From Rhodocyclaceae bacterium (GTDB taxonomy: Bacteria > Pseudomonadota > Gammaproteobacteria > Burkholderiales > Rhodocyclaceae), in NCBI GenBank assembly GCA_035562535.1, contig DATMWM010000237.1, positions 1 through 36,025 on the forward strand: a DNA stretch of 36,025 nucleotides. The letters are read 5' to 3'. The stretch's first letter is position 1; each line of letters starts with the position of its first letter. Positions 11,485 to 20,388 of the stretch are shown here, in pieces. The notes beneath the pieces were generated by a model. That model did no database searches, was not told the DNA's origin, and saw only the letters and a list, made by a program, of their open reading frames with translations. A program made the translations under genes and the position numbers.

Positions 11485-12261
11485 ATGTTACGCGTCATCA
11501 CGCTCAACCTCAACGGCATCCGCTCCGCCGCCCGCAAGGGCTTCTTCGCCTGGCTGGAAAACCAGGCCGCCGACCTCGTCTGCCTGCAGGAGGTGAAGGC
11601 GCAGGCCGGCGACCTGGACGACACGATGCGCGCCCCGGGCGGACTGCGCGGCCATTTCCATTTCGCCGAGAAGCCGGGCTACAGCGGCGTGGGCATCTAT
11701 GCGCGCCGGCAGCCCGAGGAGGTCGTCGAGGGGCTGGGCATCCCCGAGTTCGATCGCGAAGGCCGCTATCTGCAACTGGATTTTCCGGGCTATTCCGTGG
11801 TCTCGCTTTACCTGCCGTCGGGTTCGAGTTCGCCCGAGCGGCAGCAGGTGAAGTTCCGCTTCATGGAACTGTTCGAGCCGCGGCTGCGCGCCCTGGCCGG
11901 GGCCGGGCGCGAGGTGCTGGTCTGCGGCGACTGGAACATCGCCCACCGCGAGATCGACCTTAAGAACTGGCGTTCGAATCAGAAGAACTCCGGCTTCCTG
12001 CCCGAGGAGCGGGCGTGGATCGGCCGGGTGTTCGAGGAACTCGGCTGGGTGGACGTGTTCCGCCGGATCAATCCCGAGCCGGAGCAATACACCTGGTGGT
12101 CGAACCGCGGGCAGGCCTGGGCGAAGAACGTCGGCTGGCGCATCGACTATCAGGTCGCCACGCCCGGCCTGGCCGAGCGGGCGCACAGGGCCGAGATCTA
12201 CAAGGCCGAGCGCTTCTCGGACCATGCGCCGCTGACCATCGATTACGCGGGCCCGGGCTGA
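11485..12261 (+). CDS. xthA: Exodeoxyribonuclease III (AP endonuclease)
   Basis: 258 aa with EEP-family blocks ([31 protein letters not shown]). Confidence 0.93.
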   Translation: MLRVITLNLNGIRSAARKGFFAWLENQAADLVCLQEVKAQAGDLDDTMRAPGGLRGHFHFAEKPGYSGVGIYARRQPEEVVEGLGIPEFDREGRYLQLDFPGYSVVSLYLPSGSSSPERQQVKFRFMELFEPRLRALAGAGREVLVCGDWNIAHREIDLKNWRSNQKNSGFLPEERAWIGRVFEELGWVDVFRRINPEPEQYTWWSNRGQAWAKNVGWRIDYQVATPGLAERAHRAEIYKAERFSDHAPLTIDYAGPG

Positions 12262-12370
12262 TCCGGGGCCTGCGCTCCGTCATTGCGTCGCGGTGTCAAA
12301 GCCGGTAGCCTTCGCGGTCCGGCGGCCGTGAGCGGACGCCGGGTGCAATCAATCAGCCGAGGGTACGATC

Positions 12371-12682
12371 ATGAACGACATGGCCCAAGTGACCAAGGAC
12401 AAGCTCGTCGCCGATTTCAAACTGGTCGTCGCAGACGCCGAGGAACTGCTGCGGCTGACCGCCAACCAGGCCGGCGACAGGGTCGCGGAGATCCGCACCC
12501 GCGCCCAGGACCACCTGGTGAGCGCCAAGGCCAAGCTGGCGGACGCCGAGGCGGCCCTGCGCGACAACGCCAAGGCGATGGCGCGGGCGACCGACGACTA
12601 CGTGCGCGACAACCCCTGGCAGTCCGTAGGCATCGCCGCCGGCTTCGGCTTCCTGCTCGGTCTGATCATCGGCCGCCGCTGA
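12371..12682 (+). CDS. DUF883 (YqjD/ElaB/YgaM) family membrane-anchored, ribosome-associated stress protein
   Basis: 103 aa. A helical N-terminal part is followed by DDYVRDNPWQSVGIAAGFGFLLGLIIGRR, matching the conserved C-terminal anchor of E. coli YqjD/ElaB. Confidence 0.85.
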   Translation: MNDMAQVTKDKLVADFKLVVADAEELLRLTANQAGDRVAEIRTRAQDHLVSAKAKLADAEAALRDNAKAMARATDDYVRDNPWQSVGIAAGFGFLLGLIIGRR

Positions 12683-12695
12683 ACCCGCCGCCGCC

Positions 12696-13076
12696 ATGGA
12701 CGGACGGTCCGGCGGTCTCGCGGATTCGCTGCGGCGCCTGACAGGCACCGGCGTCGCGCTGGTCCAGACCCGGCTCGAACTGCTCGCGGCCGAACTCGAG
12801 GAGGAGAAGCTCCGGCTGGGCAACCTGCTGGTCTTCGCCGCCGCGGCGATCCTGCTGCTGGATCTGGGCATCGTGCTGCTGGCGGTGTTCCTGACGGTGG
12901 CCTTCTGGGACACCGACCGGCTGCTGGTGCTGGGCATACTCACGACGGCTTTCCTGGTCGCGGGCGCGATCGCCGCTGCTGCTGCGGTGAGGCTGGCCCG
13001 CACGCGCTCCAGGCTGTTCGCCGCCAGCCTGGCCGAGCTCGCCGAGGACCGCGAGGCGCTGCGGGGACGCGAGTGA
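12696..13076 (+). CDS. YqjE-like (DUF1469, phage-holin-family) inner membrane protein
   Basis: 126 aa. TRLELLAAELEEEK followed by two TM helices parallels E. coli YqjE (ETRLRLAVVELEEEK). It follows the yqjD-like gene. Confidence 0.8.
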   Translation: MDGRSGGLADSLRRLTGTGVALVQTRLELLAAELEEEKLRLGNLLVFAAAAILLLDLGIVLLAVFLTVAFWDTDRLLVLGILTTAFLVAGAIAAAAAVRLARTRSRLFAASLAELAEDREALRGRE

Positions 13077-13390
13077 GCCCGCGCCAGGTCGAGTTGTCGC
13101 TCAGGAAACAGCGCCTGCAGATCCGCGCGGCCCGCCAGCGGGAAAGCCTGGCGGCGGATTTCGTGGCGCTCTCGCCGATATTCACCACGGCCGACCGGGT
13201 GCGCGCCGGCGTGGATTACCTCAGGCGCAACCCGCACTGGCTGGTCGGCGCGGCGGTCCTCGTGATCGTGGCCCGGCCGCGCGCGGTGCTGCGCTGGGCC
13301 CAGCACATCTTCTTCGTCTGGCAGGCCTCGCTCAAGCTGCGCCGGATGCTGGCGGCGATGCCAACGGGCGGCCGTCCTTCCGCATCCTGA
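13073..13390 (+). CDS. YqjK-like protein
   Basis: 105 aa. The GTG start overlaps the yqjE-like stop (GTGA). Its layout resembles E. coli YqjK: a basic N-terminus (RKQRLQIRAARQRESL), a central hydrophobic helix and a RWAQ..F.VWQA motif. Confidence 0.7.
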   Translation: MSPRQVELSLRKQRLQIRAARQRESLAADFVALSPIFTTADRVRAGVDYLRRNPHWLVGAAVLVIVARPRAVLRWAQHIFFVWQASLKLRRMLAAMPTGGRPSAS

Positions 13391-13411
13391 ACGCCTGCCA
13401 ACCCGGCTGGC

Positions 13412-14767
13412 TCAGCCGGCCCGGGCTTCGCCGCGCCAGGGCGCGACCCGCAGCAGCAGCAGCATCCCCGGAACCGCCAGGACGAAGCACAGCAGGAAGA
13501 AGTCGAACCAGCCGAACTGGCTGACCAGCCAGCCGGTGCCGGCGTTGATGAAGGTGCGCGGCACCGCCGCCAGGCTGGTGAACAGCGCGAACTGGGTCGC
13601 GGTATAGGCCGGGTGGCAGGAGCGGGCGATGTAGGCGACGAACGCCGCCGTGCCCAGCCCGACGCCAAACGCCTCCAGGCCGATCACCAGGGCCAGCCGC
13701 CACAGGTCGGCGGAGCCGATCGCGCCCTGCGGCCCCAGCCAGGCCAGCCAGGCGAAGCCCAGGATCGCCACCATCTGCACCACGCCGAAGATCCACAGCG
13801 AGCGGTTGATGCCCAGCCTGACCATCCACAGTCCGCCGAGCAGGCCGCCGATCACGCTCGGCCACAGCCCGGCGTGCTTGGCAACCAGCCCGATCTCGGA
13901 CTTGGAGAAGCCCATCTCCAGGTAGAAGGGCGTGGCGAGCGCGGTGCACATGCTGTCGCCCAGCTTGTAGAAGAAGATGAAGGCGAGCACCAGCAGCGCA
14001 GCCTGCCAGCCGGAGCGGCCGACGAACTCGTGGAACGGTTCCACTACCGCCTCGCGCAGCGTCTTCGGTCGCGTTTTGCTCGCCTCCGGTTCACTGACCA
14101 TCAGCGCCATCGCCATGCCGGGCAACATGAACAGCGCGGTGATCCAATAGACCTGCGACCAGGGCAGGTGGTCGGCCAGGATCAGCGACAGCGAGCCGGG
14201 GATCAGGCCGGCCACCTTGTAGGCATTCACGTGCACCGCGTTGCCCAGGCCGAGTTCGTCGTCGCGCAGCAGTTCCCGGCGGTAGGCGTCCAGGGCGATG
14301 TCCTGGGTGGCGGAGAACACGGCCAGAAGGGTGGCCAGCCAGAACACCGCGCCGATGTCGGCGGCTGGATCGATGCCGCCCATGGCGCCTATGACTCCGA
14401 TCAGCCCGACCTGGGTGGCGAGCATCCAGCCGCGGCGCCGGCCGAGCAGCGGCGGGGCGTAGCGGTCGAGCAGCGGCGCCCAGAGGAATTTCCAGGTATA
14501 GGGGATGCCGATCAGGCTGAGCAGGCCGATCAGCTTGATGTCGACGCCGCCGGAATGCAGCCAGGCCGGCACCAGGTTGAGTAGCAGGTAGAGCGGCAGG
14601 CCCGAACTGAAGCCGGTGAACACGCAGATCAGCATGCGCCGGTTGAACAGCACGGCGGCGAGCGGCGGCTTCCCCTTTGCCGAGGGTGGCGGGCTCGACG
14701 GGCCGGTTACCGCAGTGCCCGGAGGGATGGCTGCGCCGGCCGCCGCCGGGGACTCAGCGCCCGGCAC
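13412..14767 (-). CDS. ampG: AmpG-family muropeptide MFS permease
   Basis: Polytopic MFS protein. FNRRMLICVFTGFSSGLPLYLL aligns with the E. coli AmpG N-terminus (QQPRSAILLILGFASGLPLAL). The start is uncertain. The GTG at 14767 adds a 38-aa Pro/Ala/Gly tail and overlaps metW by 14 nt. An in-frame GTG at 14653 gives a conventional N-terminus. Confidence 0.88.
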   Translation of the reverse strand: MPGAESPAAAGAAIPPGTAVTGPSSPPPSAKGKPPLAAVLFNRRMLICVFTGFSSGLPLYLLLNLVPAWLHSGGVDIKLIGLLSLIGIPYTWKFLWAPLLDRYAPPLLGRRRGWMLATQVGLIGVIGAMGGIDPAADIGAVFWLATLLAVFSATQDIALDAYRRELLRDDELGLGNAVHVNAYKVAGLIPGSLSLILADHLPWSQVYWITALFMLPGMAMALMVSEPEASKTRPKTLREAVVEPFHEFVGRSGWQAALLVLAFIFFYKLGDSMCTALATPFYLEMGFSKSEIGLVAKHAGLWPSVIGGLLGGLWMVRLGINRSLWIFGVVQMVAILGFAWLAWLGPQGAIGSADLWRLALVIGLEAFGVGLGTAAFVAYIARSCHPAYTATQFALFTSLAAVPRTFINAGTGWLVSQFGWFDFFLLCFVLAVPGMLLLLRVAPWRGEARAG

Positions 14768-15359
14768 GGGTCAGGCGGTACACCGCCTCGCTGGCGTTCA
14801 GGTTCGGATCCTCGGTCACCAGCCTGCCGCCGTCGAAGCCGCGGCGCTCCATGATCTCGATCCCGCGCTGCGCGCACAGGTCCTCGAAATCGGCCATGGT
14901 GAAGAAGCGCACGTTCGGCGAGTCGTACCACTGGTAGGGAAGGCTCTCGGACACCGGCATGCGGCCCGCGGCGATCGCCTGCCGGTGCAGGCTGTAGCCG
15001 AAGTTCGGGAAGCTCACCACCGCCTCGCGGCCCACGCGCAGCATCTCGCGCAGGATCTGCTCGGTGTGATGCACCATCTGCAGCGACTGGGACATGACCA
15101 CGTGGTCGAAGGAGCCGTCCCCGATTCCGGCCAGCCCCGCCTCCAAGTCCATCTGGATGACGCTGATGCCGTTTTTCATCGACTCCAGCACGTTGCGCGG
15201 ATCGATTTCCACGCCCAGGCCGCGCACCCGGCGCGTCTGCGCGAGGTAGCGGATCAGCGAGCCGTCGCCGCAACCCAGGTCCAGCACGCGCTCTCCCGGT
15301 GCGATCCAGCCGGCGATCACCTCGAAGTCCGGGCGGGCAAGCACCGCGGAGGCGTTCAT
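14754..15359 (-). CDS. metW: Methionine biosynthesis protein MetW
   Basis: 201 aa with a SAM-MTase-like fold motif ([11 protein letters not shown]). Its ATG overlaps the metX stop (ATGA), the usual metXW arrangement. Confidence 0.92.
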   Translation of the reverse strand: MNASAVLARPDFEVIAGWIAPGERVLDLGCGDGSLIRYLAQTRRVRGLGVEIDPRNVLESMKNGISVIQMDLEAGLAGIGDGSFDHVVMSQSLQMVHHTEQILREMLRVGREAVVSFPNFGYSLHRQAIAAGRMPVSESLPYQWYDSPNVRFFTMADFEDLCAQRGIEIMERRGFDGGRLVTEDPNLNASEAVYRLTRAGR

Positions 15360-16504
15360 GGCGCGACGTTCTCCATGTAGGCGCGCACGATCGCGTGGTA
15401 ATGCGGGTCGTCGATCAGGAACGAGTCGTGGCCGTACTTGCAGTCGATCTCGGCGTAGGACACGTTTTTCTCGGCCCCGATCAGCGCATTGACGATCTCG
15501 CGCGAGCGTCCCGGGTGGAAGCGCCAGTCGGTGGTGAAGGAAACCACCAGGAAGCTAGCGGTCGCCGGCGCCAGCGCCGCCACCAGGTCGCCGTTGCGGT
15601 GATGGGCGGGATCGAAATAGTCCAGCGCCTTCGTCATCAGGAGGTAGGTGTTCGCGTCGAAGTAGGCGGCGAACTTGTCCCCCTGGTAGCGCAGGTAGGA
15701 CTCGATCTCGAACTCCACGTCGTAGCTGAACTGGAAGCTGCCGGCGCGCAGCACCCGGCCGAACTTCTCGGCCATCTGGTCGTCGCCCAGATAGGTTATG
15801 TGGCCGAGCATGCGCGCCAGGCGCAGCCCGCGCCGCGGCGCCGTGCCGTGCTCGTAGAAGTGGCCGCCGTGAAAGTCCGGGTCGGTGAGGATGGCCTGGC
15901 GGGCCACGTCGTTGAAGGCGATGTTCTGGGCGGTGAGCTTGGGTGCGGCGGCGATCACCAGCGCATGGCGGATGCGCGCCGGGTAGGTGACCGTCCATTG
16001 CAGCGCCTGCATGCCGCCCAGGCTGCCGCCGATCACCGCCGCGAAACTTGCTATGCCCAGGTGGTCCGCGAGCCTGGCCTGGGCCTGCACCCAGTCTTCC
16101 ACGGTCACGACCGGGAAATCCGCGCCCCAGGGCTTGCCGGTGGCCGGGTTGATCGCGGACGGTCCGGTCGAGCCGTGGCAGCCGCCCAGGTTGTTGACGC
16201 CGATGACGAAGAAGCGGTCCGTGTCCAGCGGGCGCCCGGGGCCGACGATGTTGTCCCACCAGCCGACGTTCTTGGGGTTGTCGGCGTAATGGCCGGCGAC
16301 GTGGTGGGAACCCGATAGCGCGTGACAGACCAGCACCGCGTTGGAGCGGGCCGCATTCAGCTCGCCGTAGGTCTCGTAGACCAGGTCGTAGGCCGGGATG
16401 ACCGCGCCGCTCTTCAGTTCCAGCGGTCGCGCGAAATGGGCGCGGCGCGGTTCGACCGCGCCTACCGCAGTGACGTCCGCAGTGGTGTTGTCTAGTGGCT
16501 GCAT
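15356..16504 (-). CDS. metX: Homoserine O-acyltransferase MetX
   Basis: 382 aa from the ATG at 16504 (MQPLDNTT...). Alpha/beta hydrolase with a nucleophile elbow ([12 protein letters not shown]). The track extension to 16756 is Arg/Cys/Pro-rich and judged spurious. Confidence 0.93.
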   Translation of the reverse strand: MQPLDNTTADVTAVGAVEPRRAHFARPLELKSGAVIPAYDLVYETYGELNAARSNAVLVCHALSGSHHVAGHYADNPKNVGWWDNIVGPGRPLDTDRFFVIGVNNLGGCHGSTGPSAINPATGKPWGADFPVVTVEDWVQAQARLADHLGIASFAAVIGGSLGGMQALQWTVTYPARIRHALVIAAAPKLTAQNIAFNDVARQAILTDPDFHGGHFYEHGTAPRRGLRLARMLGHITYLGDDQMAEKFGRVLRAGSFQFSYDVEFEIESYLRYQGDKFAAYFDANTYLLMTKALDYFDPAHHRNGDLVAALAPATASFLVVSFTTDWRFHPGRSREIVNALIGAEKNVSYAEIDCKYGHDSFLIDDPHYHAIVRAYMENVAP

Positions 16505-16913
16505 GAAAGGGCCCGGCCGGGTTGCGCTGGCTGCGGCGGAGCCGCCGCAACAGGCTCGAGTCCACCGACTCTCCGCGCCGCCGATCGTGCGGATTCGCCT
16601 CCGCGGCTTGAGTTGGGAGGCAATTCTCTCAGAGTCTGCCTGCCTGGTCCAATCCGGGGACAGGCCCCGGCTCCCAGGGGGACGGCACCGACAAGAGGCC
16701 GCGACCGGGCATGCGCGCACCAGTCTGGAGCAGCGGCGGGTCCCCGAGGCCAGCACCGTCTCGCCGCGGCTGTCGCGTGGCCTGCGTCACGGCTGTTTGC
16801 AGCGGGGCCTGAACCTGTTTGGTGCAACCAAAGTCATAGGAGGGAACGGCGTGCCCGTTCCGGCGCACTCGGCGGAAGCGATGTGACCCTCCGCCCAAGC
16901 GACAAGGATGGAG

Positions 16914-16929
16914 CGGCACGGAATTCGCT
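16914..16929 (+). promoter_or_regulatory. Candidate sigma54 (-24/-12) promoter upstream of prkA
   Basis: cGGCACGgaatTCGCt against consensus TGGCACG-N4-TTGCW. The GG and GC dinucleotides have correct spacing. It lies about 180 nt upstream of the prkA ATG. Palindromes at 16818..16832 and 16843..16861 sit about 55-100 bp further upstream, at enhancer-like distances. Confidence 0.4.
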
Positions 16930-17107
16930 TGATCTCGGGTGCGGGGTCCGCGCGGCGGAGCAGGTCGGCATCAGCCGGACGATGCGATTCCCGGATCGAA
17001 GTCAGTCGCCAGTTCTTCGGGTCCGCGCCGGCGCCGGTTGCGCCGGCCGGCAGTGAATTCGCGCGCACGCGGCGTGCGCCTGCAGTGGAAAAAGGAGGAT
17101 GCGCTCC

Positions 17108-19030
17108 ATGTCGATATTCAGTGCCTATCAGTCCCGCTTCGAATCGGGCAAGGAAGAGGAGATGTCGGTCCAGGAGTACCTGGAGATCTGCCGCAGCGAT
17201 CGCTCCGCCTATGCCACCGCCGCGGAGCGCATCCTGATGGCGATCGGCGAACCCGAACTGGTCGATACCCGGCTCGATTCGCGCCTGTCCCGGCTCTTCT
17301 CGAACAAGATGGTCAAGGTCTATCCGGCCTTCAGGGAGTTCTACGGCCTGGAGGAAGTGATCGAGAACATCGTCGCCTACTTCCGCCACGCCGCCCAGGG
17401 CCTCGAGGAGAAGAAGCAGATCCTCTACCTGCTCGGTCCGGTCGGCGGCGGCAAGTCCTCGCTCGCCGAGAAGCTCAAGTACCTGATGGAGAAGGTGCCC
17501 TTCTACGCGCTCAAGGGCTCGCCGGTGCACGAGTCGCCGCTCGGCCTGTTCGATCCCGAGGAGGACGGCCACATCCTGGAGGAGGACTACGGGATCCCGG
17601 CGCGCTACCTCAACGGCATCATGTCGCCCTGGGCAGTAAAGCGGCTGAACGAGTTCAACGGCGACATCACCAAGTTCCGAGTGGTCAAGCTGCGGCCCTC
17701 GGTGCTGCAGCAGGTGGCGGTGGCCAAGACCGAACCGGGCGACGAGAACAACCAGGACATCTCGTCGCTGGTCGGCAAGATCGACATCCGGATGCTCGAG
17801 CAGTACTCGCAGAACGATCCGGATGCCTACAGCTTCTCGGGCGGGCTGTGCCTGGCCAACCGCGGGCTGATGGAATTCGTCGAGATGTTCAAGGCGCCGA
17901 TCAAGGTTCTGCACCCGCTGCTCACCGCCACCCAGGAGGGCAACTACAAGGGCACGGAAGGCTTCGGCGCCATCCCCTTCGACGGCATCGTGCTCGCGCA
18001 CTCGAACGAATCGGAGTGGATGGCCTTCCGCAACAACCGCAACAACGAGGCCTTCCTCGACCGCATCTACATCGTCAAGGTGCCCTACTGCCTGCGCGTG
18101 TCGGAAGAGGTGAAGATCTACGAAAAGCTGCTGGCAAACAGTTCCCTGGCCGAGGCGCCCTGCGCGCCGGACACGCTGCGGATGATGGCCCAGTTCGCCG
18201 TGCTCTCGCGCATCAAGGAGCCGGAAAACTCCTCGGTCTTCTCGAAGATGCGCATCTACGACGGCGAGAACCTGAAGGACACCGATCCGCGGGCGAAGTC
18301 CTACCAGGAGTATCGCGACTTCGCGGGCGTGGACGAGGGCATGAGCGGGCTGTCCACGCGCTTCGCGTTCAAGACCCTGTCCAAGGTATTCAACTTCGAC
18401 CACCGCGAGGTGGCGGCCAACCCGGTGCACCTGATGTACGTGGTCGAGCAGCAGATCCAGCAGGAGCAGTTCCCGCCGGAGATCGAGCAGAAATACCTGC
18501 GCTTCATCAAGGAGTTCCTGGCGCCGCGCTACGCCGAGTTCATCGGCAAGGAGATCCAGACCGCCTACCTGGAGTCCTACTCCGAGTACGGGCAGAACAT
18601 CTTCGACCGCTACGTGACCTACGCCGACTTCTGGATCCAGGACCAGGAGTACCGCGATCAGAACACCGGCGAGGCGCTGGACCGCTCGGCGCTGAACGAC
18701 GAACTGGAGAAGATCGAGAAGCCGGCCGGCATCAGCAACCCGAAGGACTTCCGCCACGAGATCGTGAACTTCGTCCTGCGCGCGCGCGCCCGCAACGCCG
18801 GCAAGAACCCGGTGTGGACCAGCTACGAGAAGCTGCGCGCGGTGATCGAGAAGAAGATGTTCTCGAACACAGAGGAACTGCTGCCGGTGATCTCGTTCAA
18901 CGCCAAGGCGAGCGCCGACGAGCAGAAGAAGCACCAGGACTTCGTCAACCGCATGGTCGAGAAGGGCTACACCGAGAAGCAGGTGCGCCTGCTCTCCGAG
19001 TGGTACCTGCGCGTGCGGAAGTCTTCGTAG
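17108..19030 (+). CDS. yeaG: PrkA/YeaG-family protein (annotated serine protein kinase; AAA+-type P-loop)
   Basis: 640 aa from the ATG at 17108 (AGGAGG at 17093..17098, 9-nt spacer). MSIFSAYQSRFESGKEEEMSVQEYLEICRSDRSAYATAAERILMAIGEP parallels the E. coli YeaG N-terminus. Walker A is LLGPVGGGKSSLAEKLK. Confidence 0.95.
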   Translation: MSIFSAYQSRFESGKEEEMSVQEYLEICRSDRSAYATAAERILMAIGEPELVDTRLDSRLSRLFSNKMVKVYPAFREFYGLEEVIENIVAYFRHAAQGLEEKKQILYLLGPVGGGKSSLAEKLKYLMEKVPFYALKGSPVHESPLGLFDPEEDGHILEEDYGIPARYLNGIMSPWAVKRLNEFNGDITKFRVVKLRPSVLQQVAVAKTEPGDENNQDISSLVGKIDIRMLEQYSQNDPDAYSFSGGLCLANRGLMEFVEMFKAPIKVLHPLLTATQEGNYKGTEGFGAIPFDGIVLAHSNESEWMAFRNNRNNEAFLDRIYIVKVPYCLRVSEEVKIYEKLLANSSLAEAPCAPDTLRMMAQFAVLSRIKEPENSSVFSKMRIYDGENLKDTDPRAKSYQEYRDFAGVDEGMSGLSTRFAFKTLSKVFNFDHREVAANPVHLMYVVEQQIQQEQFPPEIEQKYLRFIKEFLAPRYAEFIGKEIQTAYLESYSEYGQNIFDRYVTYADFWIQDQEYRDQNTGEALDRSALNDELEKIEKPAGISNPKDFRHEIVNFVLRARARNAGKNPVWTSYEKLRAVIEKKMFSNTEELLPVISFNAKASADEQKKHQDFVNRMVEKGYTEKQVRLLSEWYLRVRKSS

Positions 19031-19036
19031 GGCGGT

Positions 19037-19110
19037 AAGGGGCAAGGAGTCAGGAGTAAGGAGTGAAAACCTCCCGCTCCCTCGCCCCTGAATCCTAACT
19101 CCTAACTCCC
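19037..19110. repeat. Intercistronic purine-heptad / pyrimidine-heptad inverted repeat (long imperfect hairpin)
   Basis: Heptads AAGGGGC AAGGAGT CAGGAGT AAGGAGT (19037..19064) are followed by C/T-rich heptads ending AATCCTA ACTCCTA ACTCCC (19091..19110). Positions 19045..19064 pair with 19110..19091 at 16 of 20 positions. Confidence 0.6.
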
Positions 19111-19125
19111 AGCGCCTGACTCGCC

Positions 19126-20388
19126 ATGTTCCGCATCGTCGACCGCCGCTTCGACAGCAAGAAGAAGAGCACCGTGAACCGGGAGCGCTTCTTCCGGCGC
19201 TTCCGCGGCCAGATCCGCAAGGCGGTTTCGGACGCGATCAGCGGGCGCAGCGTCACCGACATCGACAACGGCGAGAGCATCTCGATCCCGGCCAGGGACC
19301 TTTCCGAGCCGCAGTTTTCCCAGGACCACCGCGGCGTCTGGGAGAACGTCTACGCCGGCAACGACCAGTTCAACGCCGGCGACCGTGTGCAGCGGCCCAT
19401 GGGCGGCCAGGGCAGCGGATCCGGCGGCGCGGGCGACGGTGGCGAGACGCAGGACGAGTTCGTCTTCCAGCTCTCGCGCGAGGAGTTCCTGAACATCTTC
19501 TTCGACGACCTGGAGTTGCCGAACCTGGTCAAGACGCAGCTTGCACGGGTCACCGACTACAAGACGGTGCGCGCCGGTCACACCTCCAGCGGCGTGCCGG
19601 CTAACATCAACGTGATCCGCTCCCTGCGCGGCGCGCTGGGCCGGCGGCTGGCGGTGGGCACGCCCTACCGCGAGCGGCTGCGCGAACTCGAACGCAGGCT
19701 GGAGGCACTGCTAGTAGCGCGCGACGAGGCCGACCCTGAAGTGATCGAACTGCGCGAGGAGATCCGCCGGCTGCGCGATCGCATCGATGCGATCCCGTTC
19801 ATCGACAGTTTCGACCTGCGCTACAACAACCGCGTCCGCCAGCCGATGCCCTCGACGCAGGCGGTGATGTTCTGCCTGATGGACGTGTCCGGATCGATGG
19901 ACGAGCACCGCAAGAGCATCGCCAAGCGCTTCTTCATGCTGCTCTACCTGTTCCTGACCCGCACCTACGACCACATCGACATCGTCTTCATCCGGCACCA
20001 CACCACCGCCAAGGAGGTCGACGAGGAGGACTTCTTCCACTCGCGCGAGTCCGGCGGCACGGTGGTCTCCAGCGCGCTGCGGCTGATGGCGGAGGTGGTC
20101 CGCGAGCGCTACGCCAGCGGCGCCTGGAACATCTACGCCGCCCAGGCCTCGGACGGCGACAACTGGGACAACGATTCCCCGGTCTGCCGCGACATCCTTG
20201 TGGAATCGATCATGCCGCTGGTGCAGTATTTCGCCTACATCGAGATCACCGCGGGCGAGCCGCAGAACCTTTGGCACGAATACGAGGCGGTGGCGCATGC
20301 CTACGGCAATTTCGCCATGCAGCGCATCGAGGGCCTGCCGGACATCTACCCGGTGTTCCGCGAACTGTTCAAGAAGAAGCTAGCCTGA
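19126..20388 (+). CDS. yeaH: YeaH/YhbH-family protein (DUF444, vWA-like)
   Basis: 420 aa. MFRIVDRRFDSKKKSTVNRERFFRRFRGQIRKAVSDAISGRSVTD parallels the E. coli YeaH N-terminus. MIDAS-like DxSxS motif in VMFCLMDVSGSM. No Shine-Dalgarno is visible in the 15 nt before the ATG. Confidence 0.93.
   Translation: MFRIVDRRFDSKKKSTVNRERFFRRFRGQIRKAVSDAISGRSVTDIDNGESISIPARDLSEPQFSQDHRGVWENVYAGNDQFNAGDRVQRPMGGQGSGSGGAGDGGETQDEFVFQLSREEFLNIFFDDLELPNLVKTQLARVTDYKTVRAGHTSSGVPANINVIRSLRGALGRRLAVGTPYRERLRELERRLEALLVARDEADPEVIELREEIRRLRDRIDAIPFIDSFDLRYNNRVRQPMPSTQAVMFCLMDVSGSMDEHRKSIAKRFFMLLYLFLTRTYDHIDIVFIRHHTTAKEVDEEDFFHSRESGGTVVSSALRLMAEVVRERYASGAWNIYAAQASDGDNWDNDSPVCRDILVESIMPLVQYFAYIEITAGEPQNLWHEYEAVAHAYGNFAMQRIEGLPDIYPVFRELFKKKLA

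Noticed and set aside
16505-16700. Possible SAM-type riboswitch in the metX leader
   Set aside because: I read the minus-strand leader looking for SAM-I core elements and for the U-rich/AAAGC features I associate with SAM-II, and found neither. Only GC hairpins and palindromes are present. An Infernal/Rfam scan would be decisive. Without it I make no riboswitch call.
15356-16756. N-terminally extended versions of metX (to 16756), gshB (to 27175), thioredoxin (to 30649), the DUF4124 protein (to 11037), apbE (to 25715), the porin (to 35711), spoVR (from 20271) and the lipoprotein (from 7902)
   Set aside because: The extensions are compositionally aberrant, run into upstream genes or promoters, and go beyond the N-termini of known homologues. 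Internal starts with an SD or stop-start overlaps fit better.
16505-17107. tRNA, sRNA or small protein gene hidden in the 600-bp spacer
   Set aside because: I found no cloverleaf or T-arm (GGTTCGAATCC-like) signature. All ORFs there (for example 16613..17056 and 16629..16919) are Arg/Pro/Gly-rich with no SD. An sRNA cannot be excluded from sequence alone.
16787-19045. 752-aa minus-strand ORF antisense to prkA, plus similar long antisense ORFs at 20346..21851, 22119..24182, 27940..29295 and 30225..31721
   Set aside because: Each mirrors a strongly conserved gene on the other strand. They lack SD or start context and recognisable motifs. This is typical high-GC shadow-ORF behaviour.
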